From assembly GCF_050320235.1 (NCBI RefSeq), contig NZ_CP190349.1: a stretch of 32,000 bases of DNA; one strand, written 5' to 3'. A program made the position numbers and the translations under genes. This document shows, piece after piece, positions 7,722 through 17,561 of the stretch (position 1 is its first letter; the number at the start of each line of letters is the position of its first letter). Under the pieces are notes generated by a model. It ran no database searches. It saw only the letters and a list, made by a program, of their open reading frames with translations, and was not told the DNA's origin. This DNA comes from Escherichia coli (GTDB taxonomy: Bacteria > Pseudomonadota > Gammaproteobacteria > Enterobacterales > Enterobacteriaceae).

Positions 7722-10055
7722 ATGAAAATGAACGTAACCGCCACCGTCAGCCATGCGCTCGGCCACTGGCCGCGTATTCTCCCGGCGCTGGGGATTCAGG
7801 TGCTGAAAAACCGTCATCAGCCCTGTCCGGTCTGTGGCGGGAGTGACCGCTTCCGTTTTGATGACAGGGAGGGGCGCGGCACCTGGTACTGCAATCAGTG
7901 TGGTGCCGGTGACGGCCTGAAACTGGTTGAAAAGGTGTTTGGTGTTTCCCCGTCCGACGCGGCCGCAAAGGTGGCTGCCGTGACCGGCAGTCTGCCCCCG
8001 GCTGACCTGGCAGTGACGGCCGCCGCCGTTGCTGAAACAGACGCTGCCCGGAAGAACGCCGCCGCACTGGCACAAACCCTGATGGCAAAAACCCGTCCCG
8101 GAACCGGTAACGCCTACCTGACCCGCAAGGGCTTTCCCGGCCGGGAATGCCGGATGCTGACCGGCACACACAGAGCCGGTGGCGTGAGCTGGCGCGCCGG
8201 TGACCTTGTGGTGCCACTGTATGACGACAGCGGCGAACTGGTTAACCTTCAGTTAATCAGTGCTGACGGCCGTAAGCGCACCCTGAAAGGCGGACAGGTC
8301 AGGGGCACCTGTCACATCCTTGAAGGACAGAATCAGACCGGAAAACGTCTGTGGATAGCGGAGGGATACGCGACCGCACTTACCGTACATCACCTGACCG
8401 GTGAAACGGTGATGGTGGCGCTTTCTTCCGTGAACCTCCTTTCTCTGGCCAGCCTTGCCCGGCAGAAGCATCCGGCCTGTCAGATTGTCCTTGCCGCTGA
8501 CCGTGACCTCAGCGGTGACGGCCAGAAAAAAGCCGCCGCAGCCGCAGATGCGTGTGAAGGTGTTGTTGCCCTGCCGCCGGTCTTCGGTGACTGGAATGAT
8601 GCCTTCACGCAGTACGGCGGGGAAGCCACCCGTAAGGCCATTTATGATGCCATCCGGCCACCGGCTGAAAGCCCGTTCGACACCATGAGCGAAGCAGAGT
8701 TTTCCGCCATGAGTACCAGCGAAAAGGCCATGCGTATCTATGAGCATTACGGCGAGGCGCTCGCGGTTGATGCCAACGGCCAGCTTCTGTCCCGTTATGA
8801 AAATGGTGTCTGGAAGGTGCTGCCGCCACAGGACTTTGCCCGGGATGTGGCCGGGCTGTTTCAGCGTCTGCGCGCGCCGTTCTCCTCCGGGAAGGTGGCC
8901 TCCGTGGTGGACACCCTGAAGCTGATTATTCCGCAGCAGGAAGCCCCCTCCCGCCGCCTGATTGGCTTTCGTAACGGCGTGCTCGACACGCAGAACGGCA
9001 CGTTCCACCCGCACAGTCCGTCACACTGGATGCGTACCCTGTGCGATGTGGATTTCACCCCGCCGGTGGAAGGGGAAACGCTGGAAACCCACGCCCCCGC
9101 GTTCTGGCGCTGGCTTGACCGTGCCGCCGGTGGCCGTGCGGAAAAACGCGACGTGATTCTGGCCGCACTGTTTATGGTGCTGGCAAACCGCTACGACTGG
9201 CAGCTCTTTCTGGAGGTGACCGGTCCCGGCGGCAGCGGCAAAAGTATCATGGCCGAAATAGCCACCCTGCTGGCCGGGGAGGATAACGCCACATCGGCCA
9301 CCATTGAGACGCTGGAATCCCCGCGTGAACGTGCCGCGTTAACTGGCTTCTCACTGATACGCCTGCCGGACCAGGAAAAATGGAGCGGCGACGGTGCCGG
9401 ACTCAAGGCCATCACCGGCGGCGATGCGGTGTCCGTGGACCCGAAATACCGGGATGCGTACTCCACGCATATCCCGGCGGTGATTCTGGCCGTGAACAAT
9501 AACCCGATGCGCTTCACCGACCGCAGCGGCGGCGTGTCACGCCGGCGGGTGATTATTCACTTCCCGGAACAGATAGCCCCGCAGGAGCGCGACCCGCAGC
9601 TTAAGGACAAAATCACCCGCGAGCTGGCGGTCATCGTGCGTCACCTGATGCAGAAGTTCAGCGACCCGATGCTCGCCCGGTCACTGCTTCAGTCCCAGCA
9701 GAACTCAGACGAGGCACTGAACATCAAACGGGATGCCGACCCGACGTTTGATTTTATCGGCTATCTGGAAACCCTGCCGCAGACCAGCGGCATGTATATG
9801 GGGAACGCCAGTATCATCCCGCGTAATTACCGTAAATACCTCTATCACGCCTATCTGGCCTACATGGAGGCAAACGGCTACCGGAATGTACTCAGTCTGA
9901 AAATGTTCGGGCTGGGGCTGCCGGTGATGCTGAAGGAATACGGACTGAATTACGAGAAGCGCCATACCAAACAGGGGATACAGACCAACCTGACGCTGAA
10001 AGAGGAAAGCTACGGCGACTGGCTGCCAAAATGTGACGACCCTGCAACAACCTGA
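7722..10055 (+). CDS. alpha: P4 alpha protein: primase / helicase / origin-binding replication protein
   Basis: 777 aa. Primase zinc finger CPVCGG..CNQCG, Toprim-like core (IAEGYATALT... VLAADRDLSGDG), Walker A GPGGSGKS, SF3 helicase region and C-terminal domain. Confidence 0.96.
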   Translation: MKMNVTATVSHALGHWPRILPALGIQVLKNRHQPCPVCGGSDRFRFDDREGRGTWYCNQCGAGDGLKLVEKVFGVSPSDAAAKVAAVTGSLPPADLAVTAAAVAETDAARKNAAALAQTLMAKTRPGTGNAYLTRKGFPGRECRMLTGTHRAGGVSWRAGDLVVPLYDDSGELVNLQLISADGRKRTLKGGQVRGTCHILEGQNQTGKRLWIAEGYATALTVHHLTGETVMVALSSVNLLSLASLARQKHPACQIVLAADRDLSGDGQKKAAAAADACEGVVALPPVFGDWNDAFTQYGGEATRKAIYDAIRPPAESPFDTMSEAEFSAMSTSEKAMRIYEHYGEALAVDANGQLLSRYENGVWKVLPPQDFARDVAGLFQRLRAPFSSGKVASVVDTLKLIIPQQEAPSRRLIGFRNGVLDTQNGTFHPHSPSHWMRTLCDVDFTPPVEGETLETHAPAFWRWLDRAAGGRAEKRDVILAALFMVLANRYDWQLFLEVTGPGGSGKSIMAEIATLLAGEDNATSATIETLESPRERAALTGFSLIRLPDQEKWSGDGAGLKAITGGDAVSVDPKYRDAYSTHIPAVILAVNNNPMRFTDRSGGVSRRRVIIHFPEQIAPQERDPQLKDKITRELAVIVRHLMQKFSDPMLARSLLQSQQNSDEALNIKRDADPTFDFIGYLETLPQTSGMYMGNASIIPRNYRKYLYHAYLAYMEANGYRNVLSLKMFGLGLPVMLKEYGLNYEKRHTKQGIQTNLTLKEESYGDWLPKCDDPATT

Positions 10056-10071
10056 CCCTCATGACTCATCT

Positions 10072-10097
10072 GACCGGCATCTGCCGGTCTTTTTTTA
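10072..10097 (+). terminator. Intrinsic terminator downstream of alpha
   Basis: GACCGGC-atct-GCCGGTC followed by a run of Ts. Confidence 0.8.
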
Positions 10098-10114
10098 TCC
10101 CGATATCCCCCGCA

Positions 10115-10410
10115 GGTGAACAATCCACTGTTCACCCTTCACCGTATATTCACCCGTTATCACACTGAAATTAAAAGAGAAAAACGAAAGGTGAACGGTG
10201 TGAACAATCAAATCAAAAAAAAACTTTTTTCTCCCTGTGTGATTTCAGTGCGGATGATTAATCACCGGTATGAGTCACACCGGCAGAATGCCGGAGGTGA
10301 AGAATCGAATGTTCACCCTTCACCCATTATTCACCACCTATCATACTGAAATAAAAGGAGAAAAAAGAAAGGTGAACAGTGTGAACAGTTCTTTCGAAAA
10401 AAAATTTTTT
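10115..10410. repeat. crr: P4 crr-like region: two about 97-bp direct repeats carrying iterons
   Basis: Segments 10130-10226 and 10311-10407 are imperfect direct repeats (offset 181 bp): gttcacccttcacc..tattcacc..ta/atca.actgaaat.aaa.g.gaaaaa.gaaaggtgaac.gtgtgaaca. Each carries GGTGAAC-type iterons. Confidence 0.8.
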
Positions 10411-10540
10411 TCCTGAGTTAACGTGCGTGAAGATACGTGTAACAATTAATCGATAGATATTATATGTATAAGGATGTGTATAAATGAATTAGAATAGAAA
10501 AATATAAACGATTTGAATCAAATGGTTACATGGCAATTTT

Positions 10541-10553
10541 GACTCCTGTGATC
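10541..10553 (+). other. Candidate right attachment site (attR core) derived from the selC 3' end
   Basis: GACTCCTGTGATC is identical to a stretch near the 3' end of selC tRNA-Sec (...GGTTCGACTCCTGTGATCTTCCGCCA). It lies just after crr and before setC, selC's chromosomal neighbour. Confidence 0.6.
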
Positions 10554-10602
10554 GCCAATTTGCCTCTTCATACGTTCTCCAACCCCTCGTAATACTGTCA
10601 AT

Positions 10603-10760
10603 CCAGATATTTTCTACTGGCTTCAGGAATACCTGATCAAAAGTTTTGTGATGGACGATGAGCGACTGAAGAATCCGCCTGTCGGTTCTTCTGTCCTCGA
10701 ACGCATCCGCGATATTCGCGCCAGCATGCGCCGTGTTTATTTGCAGGTGATTTGCCCCCC
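10603..10760 (+). pseudogene. Remnant of a RhuM-family virulence-associated gene
   Basis: Frame from 10603 reads PDIFYWLQEYLIKSFVMDDERLKNPPVGSSVLERIRDIRASMRRVYLQVI, similar to RhuM proteins but with an apparent internal deletion and no intact N- or C-terminus. Confidence 0.6.
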
Positions 10761-11178
10761 TGCTGACTCTCAGCCAACGGTATCGCCATTAAGGTGAAGA
10801 TGTTGTTTTACACGCTTCTGCACACCCTTTTTTATACGACTATTCTATTTCTTTAACCGCTGACGAAAAAACTGACCTATAAACTTCACCAATAATCAGA
10901 CTGCCATCAAGATTAATTTATTCATGTAATATATCAAATCAACTTGTTTTATTTTTACTATCAAAAATAGCTCATTGCCTTACTATAATTAATATATAAA
11001 TTCGGTGATTAACTCTTAACATGCTTTTGCTAATAATCTCAATTGCTGGCCCTATAATATTGCGCTAGCATTGCTTTCTGGTTGTATCAGCGATACTCAA
11101 AAATTCTTAATACAATACTCATTCGACTGGTACTTATTTGTAACTCAGTTATATTTTGTCGCCCGGTGATTCAGAAGA

Positions 11179-12363
11179 ATGCAAAAAACGGCTACTACTC
11201 CATCAAAAATACTTGATCTCACTGCCGCGGCATTTTTACTTGTCGCCTTTCTGACGGGTATTGCGGGCGCTCTCCAGACTCCCACCCTAAGTATATTCCT
11301 CGCAGATGAACTGAAAGCCCGTCCTATAATGGTAGGTTTTTTCTTCACCGGTAGCGCTATTATGGGGATTCTGGTCAGTCAATTTCTGGCAAGGCACTCC
11401 GATAAACAAGGCGACCGTAAATTACTGATCCTGCTATGTTGCTTATTTGGAGTGTTGGCCTGCACGCTTTTTGCGTGGAATCGCAACTACTTCATTCTCC
11501 TCTCTACGGGCGTACTTCTGAGTAGTTTTGCTTCCACTGCAAACCCGCAAATGTTCGCCCTCGCCCGTGAACACGCCGACAGAACAGGCCGTGAGACGGT
11601 CATGTTCAGTACATTTTTACGTGCTCAGATCTCGCTTGCCTGGGTTATCGGGCCACCGCTCGCTTATGAACTGGCAATGGGATTTAGTTTTAAAGTGATG
11701 TATCTCACCGCTGCCATCGCATTTGTTGTTTGCGGACTGATAGTCTGGTTGTTTTTGCCATCAATACAAAGAAATATTCCTGTCGTTACCCAACCCGTAG
11801 AAATTTTACCCTCCATCCATAGAAAGCGGGATACACGGCTACTTTTTGTAGTCTGTTCAATGATGTGGGCGGCGAATAATCTCTACATGATAAATATGCC
11901 GCTATTTATTATTGATGAACTGCATCTAACCGATAAACTGGCTGGAGAAATGATTGGTATCGCTGCCGGTCTGGAAATTCCGATGATGTTAATCGCAGGC
12001 TATTACATGAAACGTATTGGCAAGCGGCTATTAATGCTCATTGCTATCGTGAGTGGTATGTGTTTTTACGCCAGCGTACTCATGGCGACGACTCCGGCAA
12101 TTGAGCTGGAATTGCAAATTCTAAATGCCATTTTCCTTGGTATTCTCTGTGGTATCGGCATGCTTTATTTTCAGGATCTGATGCCTGAAAAAATAGGCTC
12201 TGCGACAACGTTATATGCAAATACCTCACGCGTCGGCTGGATTATCGCCGGCTCTGTTGACGGAATTATGGTTGAAATCTGGAGCTACCACGCGTTGTTC
12301 TGGCTGGCGATAGGGATGTTGGGTATTGCGATGATTTGCCTGCTGTTTATTAAAGATATTTAG
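11179..12363 (+). CDS. setC: Sugar efflux transporter SetC (MFS)
   Basis: 394-aa MFS protein, matching SetC/YicK; next gene is yicL as in K-12. Confidence 0.93.
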   Translation: MQKTATTPSKILDLTAAAFLLVAFLTGIAGALQTPTLSIFLADELKARPIMVGFFFTGSAIMGILVSQFLARHSDKQGDRKLLILLCCLFGVLACTLFAWNRNYFILLSTGVLLSSFASTANPQMFALAREHADRTGRETVMFSTFLRAQISLAWVIGPPLAYELAMGFSFKVMYLTAAIAFVVCGLIVWLFLPSIQRNIPVVTQPVEILPSIHRKRDTRLLFVVCSMMWAANNLYMINMPLFIIDELHLTDKLAGEMIGIAAGLEIPMMLIAGYYMKRIGKRLLMLIAIVSGMCFYASVLMATTPAIELELQILNAIFLGILCGIGMLYFQDLMPEKIGSATTLYANTSRVGWIIAGSVDGIMVEIWSYHALFWLAIGMLGIAMICLLFIKDI

Positions 12364-12473
12364 CTCACCAGTCTGGGCTAAGAAAAATCGGCGTGGCGCA
12401 AACAGAGCCATCCTCGCCATTTTTGCTATCATGCCTGCATACATAAACGACAAAACAGTATGCAGAGGGAAAA

Positions 12474-13397
12474 ATGGGTTCCACCAGAAAGGGGATGCTG
12501 AACGTTCTGATTGCCGCCGTGTTGTGGGGAAGTTCAGGGGTCTGCGCGCAATACATCATGGAGCAAAGCCAGATGTCGTCGCAGTTTTTGACTATGACGC
12601 GTTTGATATTCGCCGGTTTGATTCTGCTGACGCTGTCATTTGTTCATGGCGATAAAATCTTTTCTATTATTAACAATCACAAAGATGCCATTAGTCTGCT
12701 GATTTTTTCCGTGGTTGGCGCGCTAACCGTACAGCTCACTTTTTTGCTAACCATCGAAAAATCGAACGCAGCCACGGCAACGGTGCTGCAATTCCTCTCA
12801 CCGACGATTATCGTCGCCTGGTTCTCACTGGTACGTAAATCGCGCCCGGGCATTCTGGTTTTTTGCGCTATTTTGACATCGCTGATCGGGACTTTTTTAT
12901 TGGTGACACACGGTAATCCGACGTCATTATCGATCTCTCCTGCCGCGTTATTCTGGGGCATTGCCTCGGCATTTGCTGCTGCATTCTATACCACCTATCC
13001 CTCAACGCTGATTGCCCGCTATGGCACGTTACCGGTCGTCGGCTGGAGTATGCTCATTGGTGGTCTGATCCTGCTGCCATTTTATGCCAGACAAGGGACA
13101 AATTTTGTGGTTAATGGCAGTTTGATTCTGGCGTTTTTTTATTTGGTGGTCATTGGTACGTCCCTGACATTTAGTCTGTACCTGAAAGGAGCACAATTAA
13201 TTGGCGGTCCAAAAGCCAGCATTTTGAGCTGTGCAGAACCATTAAGTAGCGCGCTGCTCTCTTTGCTGTTGCTGGGGATCACATTCACATTACCGGACTG
13301 GCTGGGAACGCTTCTGATTCTGTCATCAGTGATTTTGATTTCAATGGATTCCCGTCGCCGCGCCAGAAAAATAAATCGTCCGGCGCGGCATGAGTGA
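12474..13397 (+). CDS. yicL: EamA/DMT-family inner membrane transporter YicL
   Basis: 307 aa with multiple TM segments and two EamA-like halves; conserved synteny setC-yicL-nlpA. Confidence 0.93.
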   Translation: MGSTRKGMLNVLIAAVLWGSSGVCAQYIMEQSQMSSQFLTMTRLIFAGLILLTLSFVHGDKIFSIINNHKDAISLLIFSVVGALTVQLTFLLTIEKSNAATATVLQFLSPTIIVAWFSLVRKSRPGILVFCAILTSLIGTFLLVTHGNPTSLSISPAALFWGIASAFAAAFYTTYPSTLIARYGTLPVVGWSMLIGGLILLPFYARQGTNFVVNGSLILAFFYLVVIGTSLTFSLYLKGAQLIGGPKASILSCAEPLSSALLSLLLLGITFTLPDWLGTLLILSSVILISMDSRRRARKINRPARHE

Positions 13398-13400
13398 GAA

Positions 13401-14219
13401 TTACCAGCCAGGCACCGCGCCACCGTTAAAGATGGTTTCTGCCGCTTTAGCGACTTCGGGCGATTGATAAGATTGCAGAAATTCCTTCACGTTTTCTGCA
13501 TTCTTATTATCTTCCCGTGCCACCAGAATATTCACATACGGCGAATTCTTATCTTCAATAAATACGCTGTCGTGCACCGGAGAAAGCCCGGTCTGCTGAA
13601 TGTAAGTGGTGCTGATAATCGCCACATCAACTTTGGGATCATCCAGTACGCGCGGGAGCTGCGCCCCCTCGAGTTCCATAATCTGCAAATGACGAGGATT
13701 ATCGGTTATATCCAGTGCGGTAGGTAATAACCCTTTTCCCTCTTTCAGAGTAATTAGCTTCTCTTTTTGCAACAGTAAAAGCGCGCGACCAAGGTTGGTC
13801 GGGTCGTTGGGGATCGCCACTGTCGCGCCTTCTTTTATTTGCGCCACGGTTTTGATTTTTTTGGAATAACCCGCCATAGGGAAGACAAACGTATTTCCCA
13901 CCGCTACCAGTTTATAACCATGCGCCTGATTATCTTGTTCAAGAAAGGGCCGATGCTGGAAGACGTTCGCATCAAGCTCGCCATGATTTGTCGCATCGTT
14001 CGGTAGCAACGAACCGCTAAATCCTACCAGTTCAACATCGAGGCCATATTTCTCTTTTGCCACCTTTTTAGCGACTTCCGCGACATCTTGTTCTGCGCCA
14101 TTTATAACGCCAACTTTAATGTGTTTTGCATCGCTGCTACTCTGGTCGCAACCTGCCAGCAGAATTCCTGCCAGCAATAATGCGGCCCCCGCCCGTAGAT
14201 GATGTGTTGTCAGTTTCAT
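13401..14219 (-). CDS. nlpA: Lipoprotein-28 NlpA (MetQ/NlpA family)
   Basis: 272 aa with a lipobox (LLAGILLAGCDQ) and NlpA-family sequence (KHIKVGVINGAEQDVAEVAKKVAKEKYGLDVELVGFSG); convergent with yicL. Confidence 0.95.
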   Translation of the reverse strand: MKLTTHHLRAGAALLLAGILLAGCDQSSSDAKHIKVGVINGAEQDVAEVAKKVAKEKYGLDVELVGFSGSLLPNDATNHGELDANVFQHRPFLEQDNQAHGYKLVAVGNTFVFPMAGYSKKIKTVAQIKEGATVAIPNDPTNLGRALLLLQKEKLITLKEGKGLLPTALDITDNPRHLQIMELEGAQLPRVLDDPKVDVAIISTTYIQQTGLSPVHDSVFIEDKNSPYVNILVAREDNKNAENVKEFLQSYQSPEVAKAAETIFNGGAVPGW

Positions 14220-14427
14220 TTTTTATCCTTTTTTTAATCATTAACTGACTATAATGGCAAGATCACTACGATTTAAAAAACGAAAAGCTATCGAATAGAA
14301 GAAAAAGGTATAAAAAACTGGCACTTCTTACTGACCACGCAAACACCTTTCGTACAGCATGATGAGAGCGGTAAAAGCAAACTACACTTATGCTTCATTC
14401 GATGCACATTTGCAGAAGGTTGCCGCT

Positions 14428-14721
14428 ATGAAGCCAACGATGCTACTCATGATTACCGTATTCCTGACTTTTCCAGCCATTTCTCAGGCCGAGTCGCCAT
14501 TCAGCTCGCTACAGTCGGCAAAAGAGAAAACCACGGTATTGCAAGATTTACGTAAAATTTGCACGCCACAGGCGTCATTATCAGACGAAGCGTGGGAAAA
14601 ATTAATGTTGTCTGATGAGAGTAACAAACAACATATCCGCGAAGCTATTGTGGCGATGGAGCGTAATAATCAGAATAACTACTGGGAAGCGCTGGGTAAG
14701 GTGGAATGCCCGGATATGTGA
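14428..14721 (+). CDS. yicS: YicS, small secreted/periplasmic protein of unknown function
   Basis: Start trimmed to ATG 14428, giving 97 aa with a signal peptide (MKPTMLLMITVFLTFPAISQAES). Matches YicS size and position. Confidence 0.88.
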   Translation: MKPTMLLMITVFLTFPAISQAESPFSSLQSAKEKTTVLQDLRKICTPQASLSDEAWEKLMLSDESNKQHIREAIVAMERNNQNNYWEALGKVECPDM

Positions 14722-15022
14722 ATTTCGCACACCTCCGCGCTCAGGCCAGCAGCCGCTGACTTAAGCTCGCACATCAGTAAATCACCTGCTTTTTCAAATT
14801 CCAATCAAAATTGAACCCGTTCATCAGGATTGTGGATAAATTTCCCTCTACATTATTTTCATTTCATCACATAGAAAATCTTATCTCATTGAAACAATAC
14901 TTGTTTTTAATGCAGAAAACGAAGCCCAACGGATGGGCATAAAAATGAGCGAATTTTGATATCACCACCCTCTAAAAAATGGTGAAGTCTGAACAAAGAA
15001 TGTTCGAAAGGAGAGAGTAGAG

Positions 15023-15520
15023 ATGGAAAGCGCAAATCTGGATTTAGAAGAAAATAAAGAAATTGCCAGTAAGTTCGAACGTGCATTAGGTATGGGAGCA
15101 ACGCTTGCAGAGCTGCATGGCATAACCCCGGATACCCTTGAAGGCGTTTATGCTTACGCTTATAACTTTTATGAAAAAGGAAGACTTGACGAAGCTGAAC
15201 TTTTTTTTAAATTTCTCTGTATTTATGATTTCCAAAATTATAACTACTTAAAAGGATATGCCGCCGTCTGTCAATTGAAGAAAGATTATCAAAAGGCATT
15301 CGACATGTATCATATCTGTTTAATGCTATCTCCCGATAACGATTTCTCTTTGGTTTATTATATGGGTCAATGCCAGATGGGCTTAAAAAACATTAAAATG
15401 GCCACGGAGTTATTTAATACAGTCGTAACCTATAGTCAAAATGAAAAAATTAAAGAGATGGCTACAACTTATCTTGAACTTTTGACAGCCAATTCCGAAG
15501 AGGAAGTTCAAACAGAGTGA
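15023..15520 (+). CDS. eicA: T3SS translocator chaperone, SicA/IpgC/LcrH family (EicA)
   Basis: 165 aa with TPR-type repeats (YAYAYNFYEKGRLDEAELFFKFLCIYDFQN..YLKGYAAVCQLKKDYQKAFDMYHICLMLSPDN), typical of class II chaperones. Starts the translocon cluster. Confidence 0.88.
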   Translation: MESANLDLEENKEIASKFERALGMGATLAELHGITPDTLEGVYAYAYNFYEKGRLDEAELFFKFLCIYDFQNYNYLKGYAAVCQLKKDYQKAFDMYHICLMLSPDNDFSLVYYMGQCQMGLKNIKMATELFNTVVTYSQNEKIKEMATTYLELLTANSEEEVQTE

Positions 15521-15529
15521 GTCGGCAAA

Positions 15530-15712
15530 ATGAACATAAACGGAAAAAACGCTTCTTTTACGTCTGAAGAGTTAGCCAGGAAATATCATGAGGAAGGCAC
15601 AGTTGATTTAAAAAATAACCATGGCGATAAAATAAATGAGAAGAATAACAATAAACACATTACTTACTTTCCCGTTGATGCCATTTTAGATGGGAATAAA
15701 CATCTGCCATGA
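15530..15712 (+). CDS. Small hypothetical ORF between the chaperone and translocator genes
   Basis: 60 aa (MNINGKNASFTSEELARKYHEEGTVDLKNNHGDKINEKNNNKHITYFPVDAILDGNKHLP), starts 9 nt after the eicA stop. No family recognised. Confidence 0.45.
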   Translation: MNINGKNASFTSEELARKYHEEGTVDLKNNHGDKINEKNNNKHITYFPVDAILDGNKHLP

Positions 15713-15767
15713 GTTAAATAAAAAAGAATTAATTACACCCGATGATAGCTTAAAAAGGAGGTGAATT

Positions 15768-17549
15768 ATGTCGGCACCGATTACGGGACAAACGATCACG
15801 TTTGAACAAATCAGTGAAACATTGCGTACACAGTATAGCGATGCGGAAAAAAGACTGCAGGACAGCAGCAAAACGCAAGTTGATCCCATGCGGCTTAATA
15901 AAAACCCGAAATCCCTTGATAACGATATTCGCGCTCGTCTTGAAAACAAACCGATGCTTGCTCCGCCTACAATACAGGTTTCAGATTCAGACAACGCCAC
16001 TACAGCAAAGACGAATGATGCCCGCCTGACAATGATTTTGGGTAATTTAACAGGCATTGCCGATCAGGATATTACAACACGTTTGCATAATAACCTTGAC
16101 AGCACCCTGCTTCGACACGAAATGGCACATAATAAGTTTCGTGAATTAAGTGACGCTTACTCCTCGTCATTAGATGATGCGCAAAAAGCCGACGATATCA
16201 TGCATCAGGCCAATAATAATTACAATGCGGTCGATAAAAAGGTGCAATCGCTGGAGAAAAAAGTCAACACATTGAATCAAGAGCTGTCGCAACTGCAACC
16301 TGGCGATCCGCAATATAATAAAGTACTGACGCAAAAAAATGCGGCTGAAAAAACACTCACGCTGTCATTACAAAAAAAATCGTTAGCTGAGAAATCGTTA
16401 AATACAGCCATTATGGATGCTGATGCTGCGATCGGCCAAAGTATGGAAATTTTTGACGAAATTCAACAGCAAGAACAGATTAATAACTTCACCACCAATA
16501 TTTGCCTGACACAGGAAAACCAGAAAAATAGAAACGCGACAGCCACATTTATCCTTTTGATTACTTCAGTAATGGAAGTTATTGGTGATACCAATTGCGA
16601 CTCTATTAAAAATCAATCTGAGGTAATGAAAGAGATTAACCATGTCAGGGAAAATAAACTCAATGAAACAGCACGTAAATATACTACCACGACTAAAGTT
16701 TTAAAAATCGTTAATGAGTGTGTAACTGTAGTTACCTTTGCCGTAAGCGCAGTCTTAATTGTTGTTGGTCTTCTTGCTGCAGTTCCAAGTGGTGGTTCAA
16801 GTATTGCGGGTGCATTGGCACTTATTGGAGGAATAGCGGGCGCAGTAGTATTAGGTGTAGATATCACTTGTCAAATCGCTCTGGGCACCACGGCTACCGG
16901 CTGGATTTTAGGGAAAGTTGTAGAAGGTCTTTCGGCTGCGATTAAAACAGTTGATCCCACTCTGCTCGCAATCACCGCGCTTCTGGACGTTATTGGTGTC
17001 GATCAAGATACGATTGAACTGGTTAAAAGTATTTACGCAAGTGCAGCCGCTTCTATTGTCATGGCGACAGTAATGATTGGTGCAGCTGTAATATGTTCTG
17101 TAGCAATAGGGGCCGTTGTTTCTGCATTATCAAAAACAGCCGCCGAAGAAGTCACCAAAGAAATAACAAGCACTATAAAATCAACCATTGAATCCATTAT
17201 TAATTCCGTTTCAAAAAATATTATAAAGGTATTAGACAGCGTATGCAGCGTGCTACAAACATCAGCCGTAGTGTTGAAGTTGATTGCCAAAATAAGTAAT
17301 GGCCTGGAGAAAATAGGCTTACTCATCTGTGCAATAGCAACATCGACGATGAATTGTTTTGTTGCTGGAAACTCTGCCGACATGGCAATTTTACAACAGG
17401 ACATGAGTAATCTATCAAAAACGCGTGAACAAATGCTTTCAGTATTGCAAAGGGTGGATAAAACCGTCGAACAAGAGGTAAGCCAGATGGTAAGAGTATT
17501 ACAACACCGAACTGAAGCCTTAAAATTTGCTTCCCATTCTATCGTATAA
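15768..17549 (+). CDS. eipB: T3SS translocator IpaB/SipB family (EipB)
   Basis: 593 aa, strong RBS (aaggaggtgaattATG), N-terminal coiled coil and central hydrophobic helices (AVSAVLIVVGLLAAVPSGG..., AIAGAVVLGVDITCQIALGTTATGW), followed by eipC/eipD. Confidence 0.88.
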   Translation: MSAPITGQTITFEQISETLRTQYSDAEKRLQDSSKTQVDPMRLNKNPKSLDNDIRARLENKPMLAPPTIQVSDSDNATTAKTNDARLTMILGNLTGIADQDITTRLHNNLDSTLLRHEMAHNKFRELSDAYSSSLDDAQKADDIMHQANNNYNAVDKKVQSLEKKVNTLNQELSQLQPGDPQYNKVLTQKNAAEKTLTLSLQKKSLAEKSLNTAIMDADAAIGQSMEIFDEIQQQEQINNFTTNICLTQENQKNRNATATFILLITSVMEVIGDTNCDSIKNQSEVMKEINHVRENKLNETARKYTTTTKVLKIVNECVTVVTFAVSAVLIVVGLLAAVPSGGSSIAGALALIGGIAGAVVLGVDITCQIALGTTATGWILGKVVEGLSAAIKTVDPTLLAITALLDVIGVDQDTIELVKSIYASAAASIVMATVMIGAAVICSVAIGAVVSALSKTAAEEVTKEITSTIKSTIESIINSVSKNIIKVLDSVCSVLQTSAVVLKLIAKISNGLEKIGLLICAIATSTMNCFVAGNSADMAILQQDMSNLSKTREQMLSVLQRVDKTVEQEVSQMVRVLQHRTEALKFASHSIV

Positions 17550-17561
17550 GAGGGTTTTAAC

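Noticed and set aside
8253-9014. 253-aa - strand ORF inside alpha, plus other antisense ORFs (7680-8171, 7747-8217, 9191-9517)
   Set aside because: High-GC antisense shadows of the alpha replication gene, with low-complexity translation.
10541-10553. A tRNA-Sec (selC) gene in the window
   Set aside because: Only a 13-bp match to the selC 3' region is present with no cloverleaf, so it is treated as an attachment-site remnant. The intact selC is expected left of the window.
12226-13423. Small antisense ORFs around yicL (12226-12453, 12677-12961, 13139-13423)
   Set aside because: Opposite strand to well-supported backbone gene yicL, with no independent evidence.
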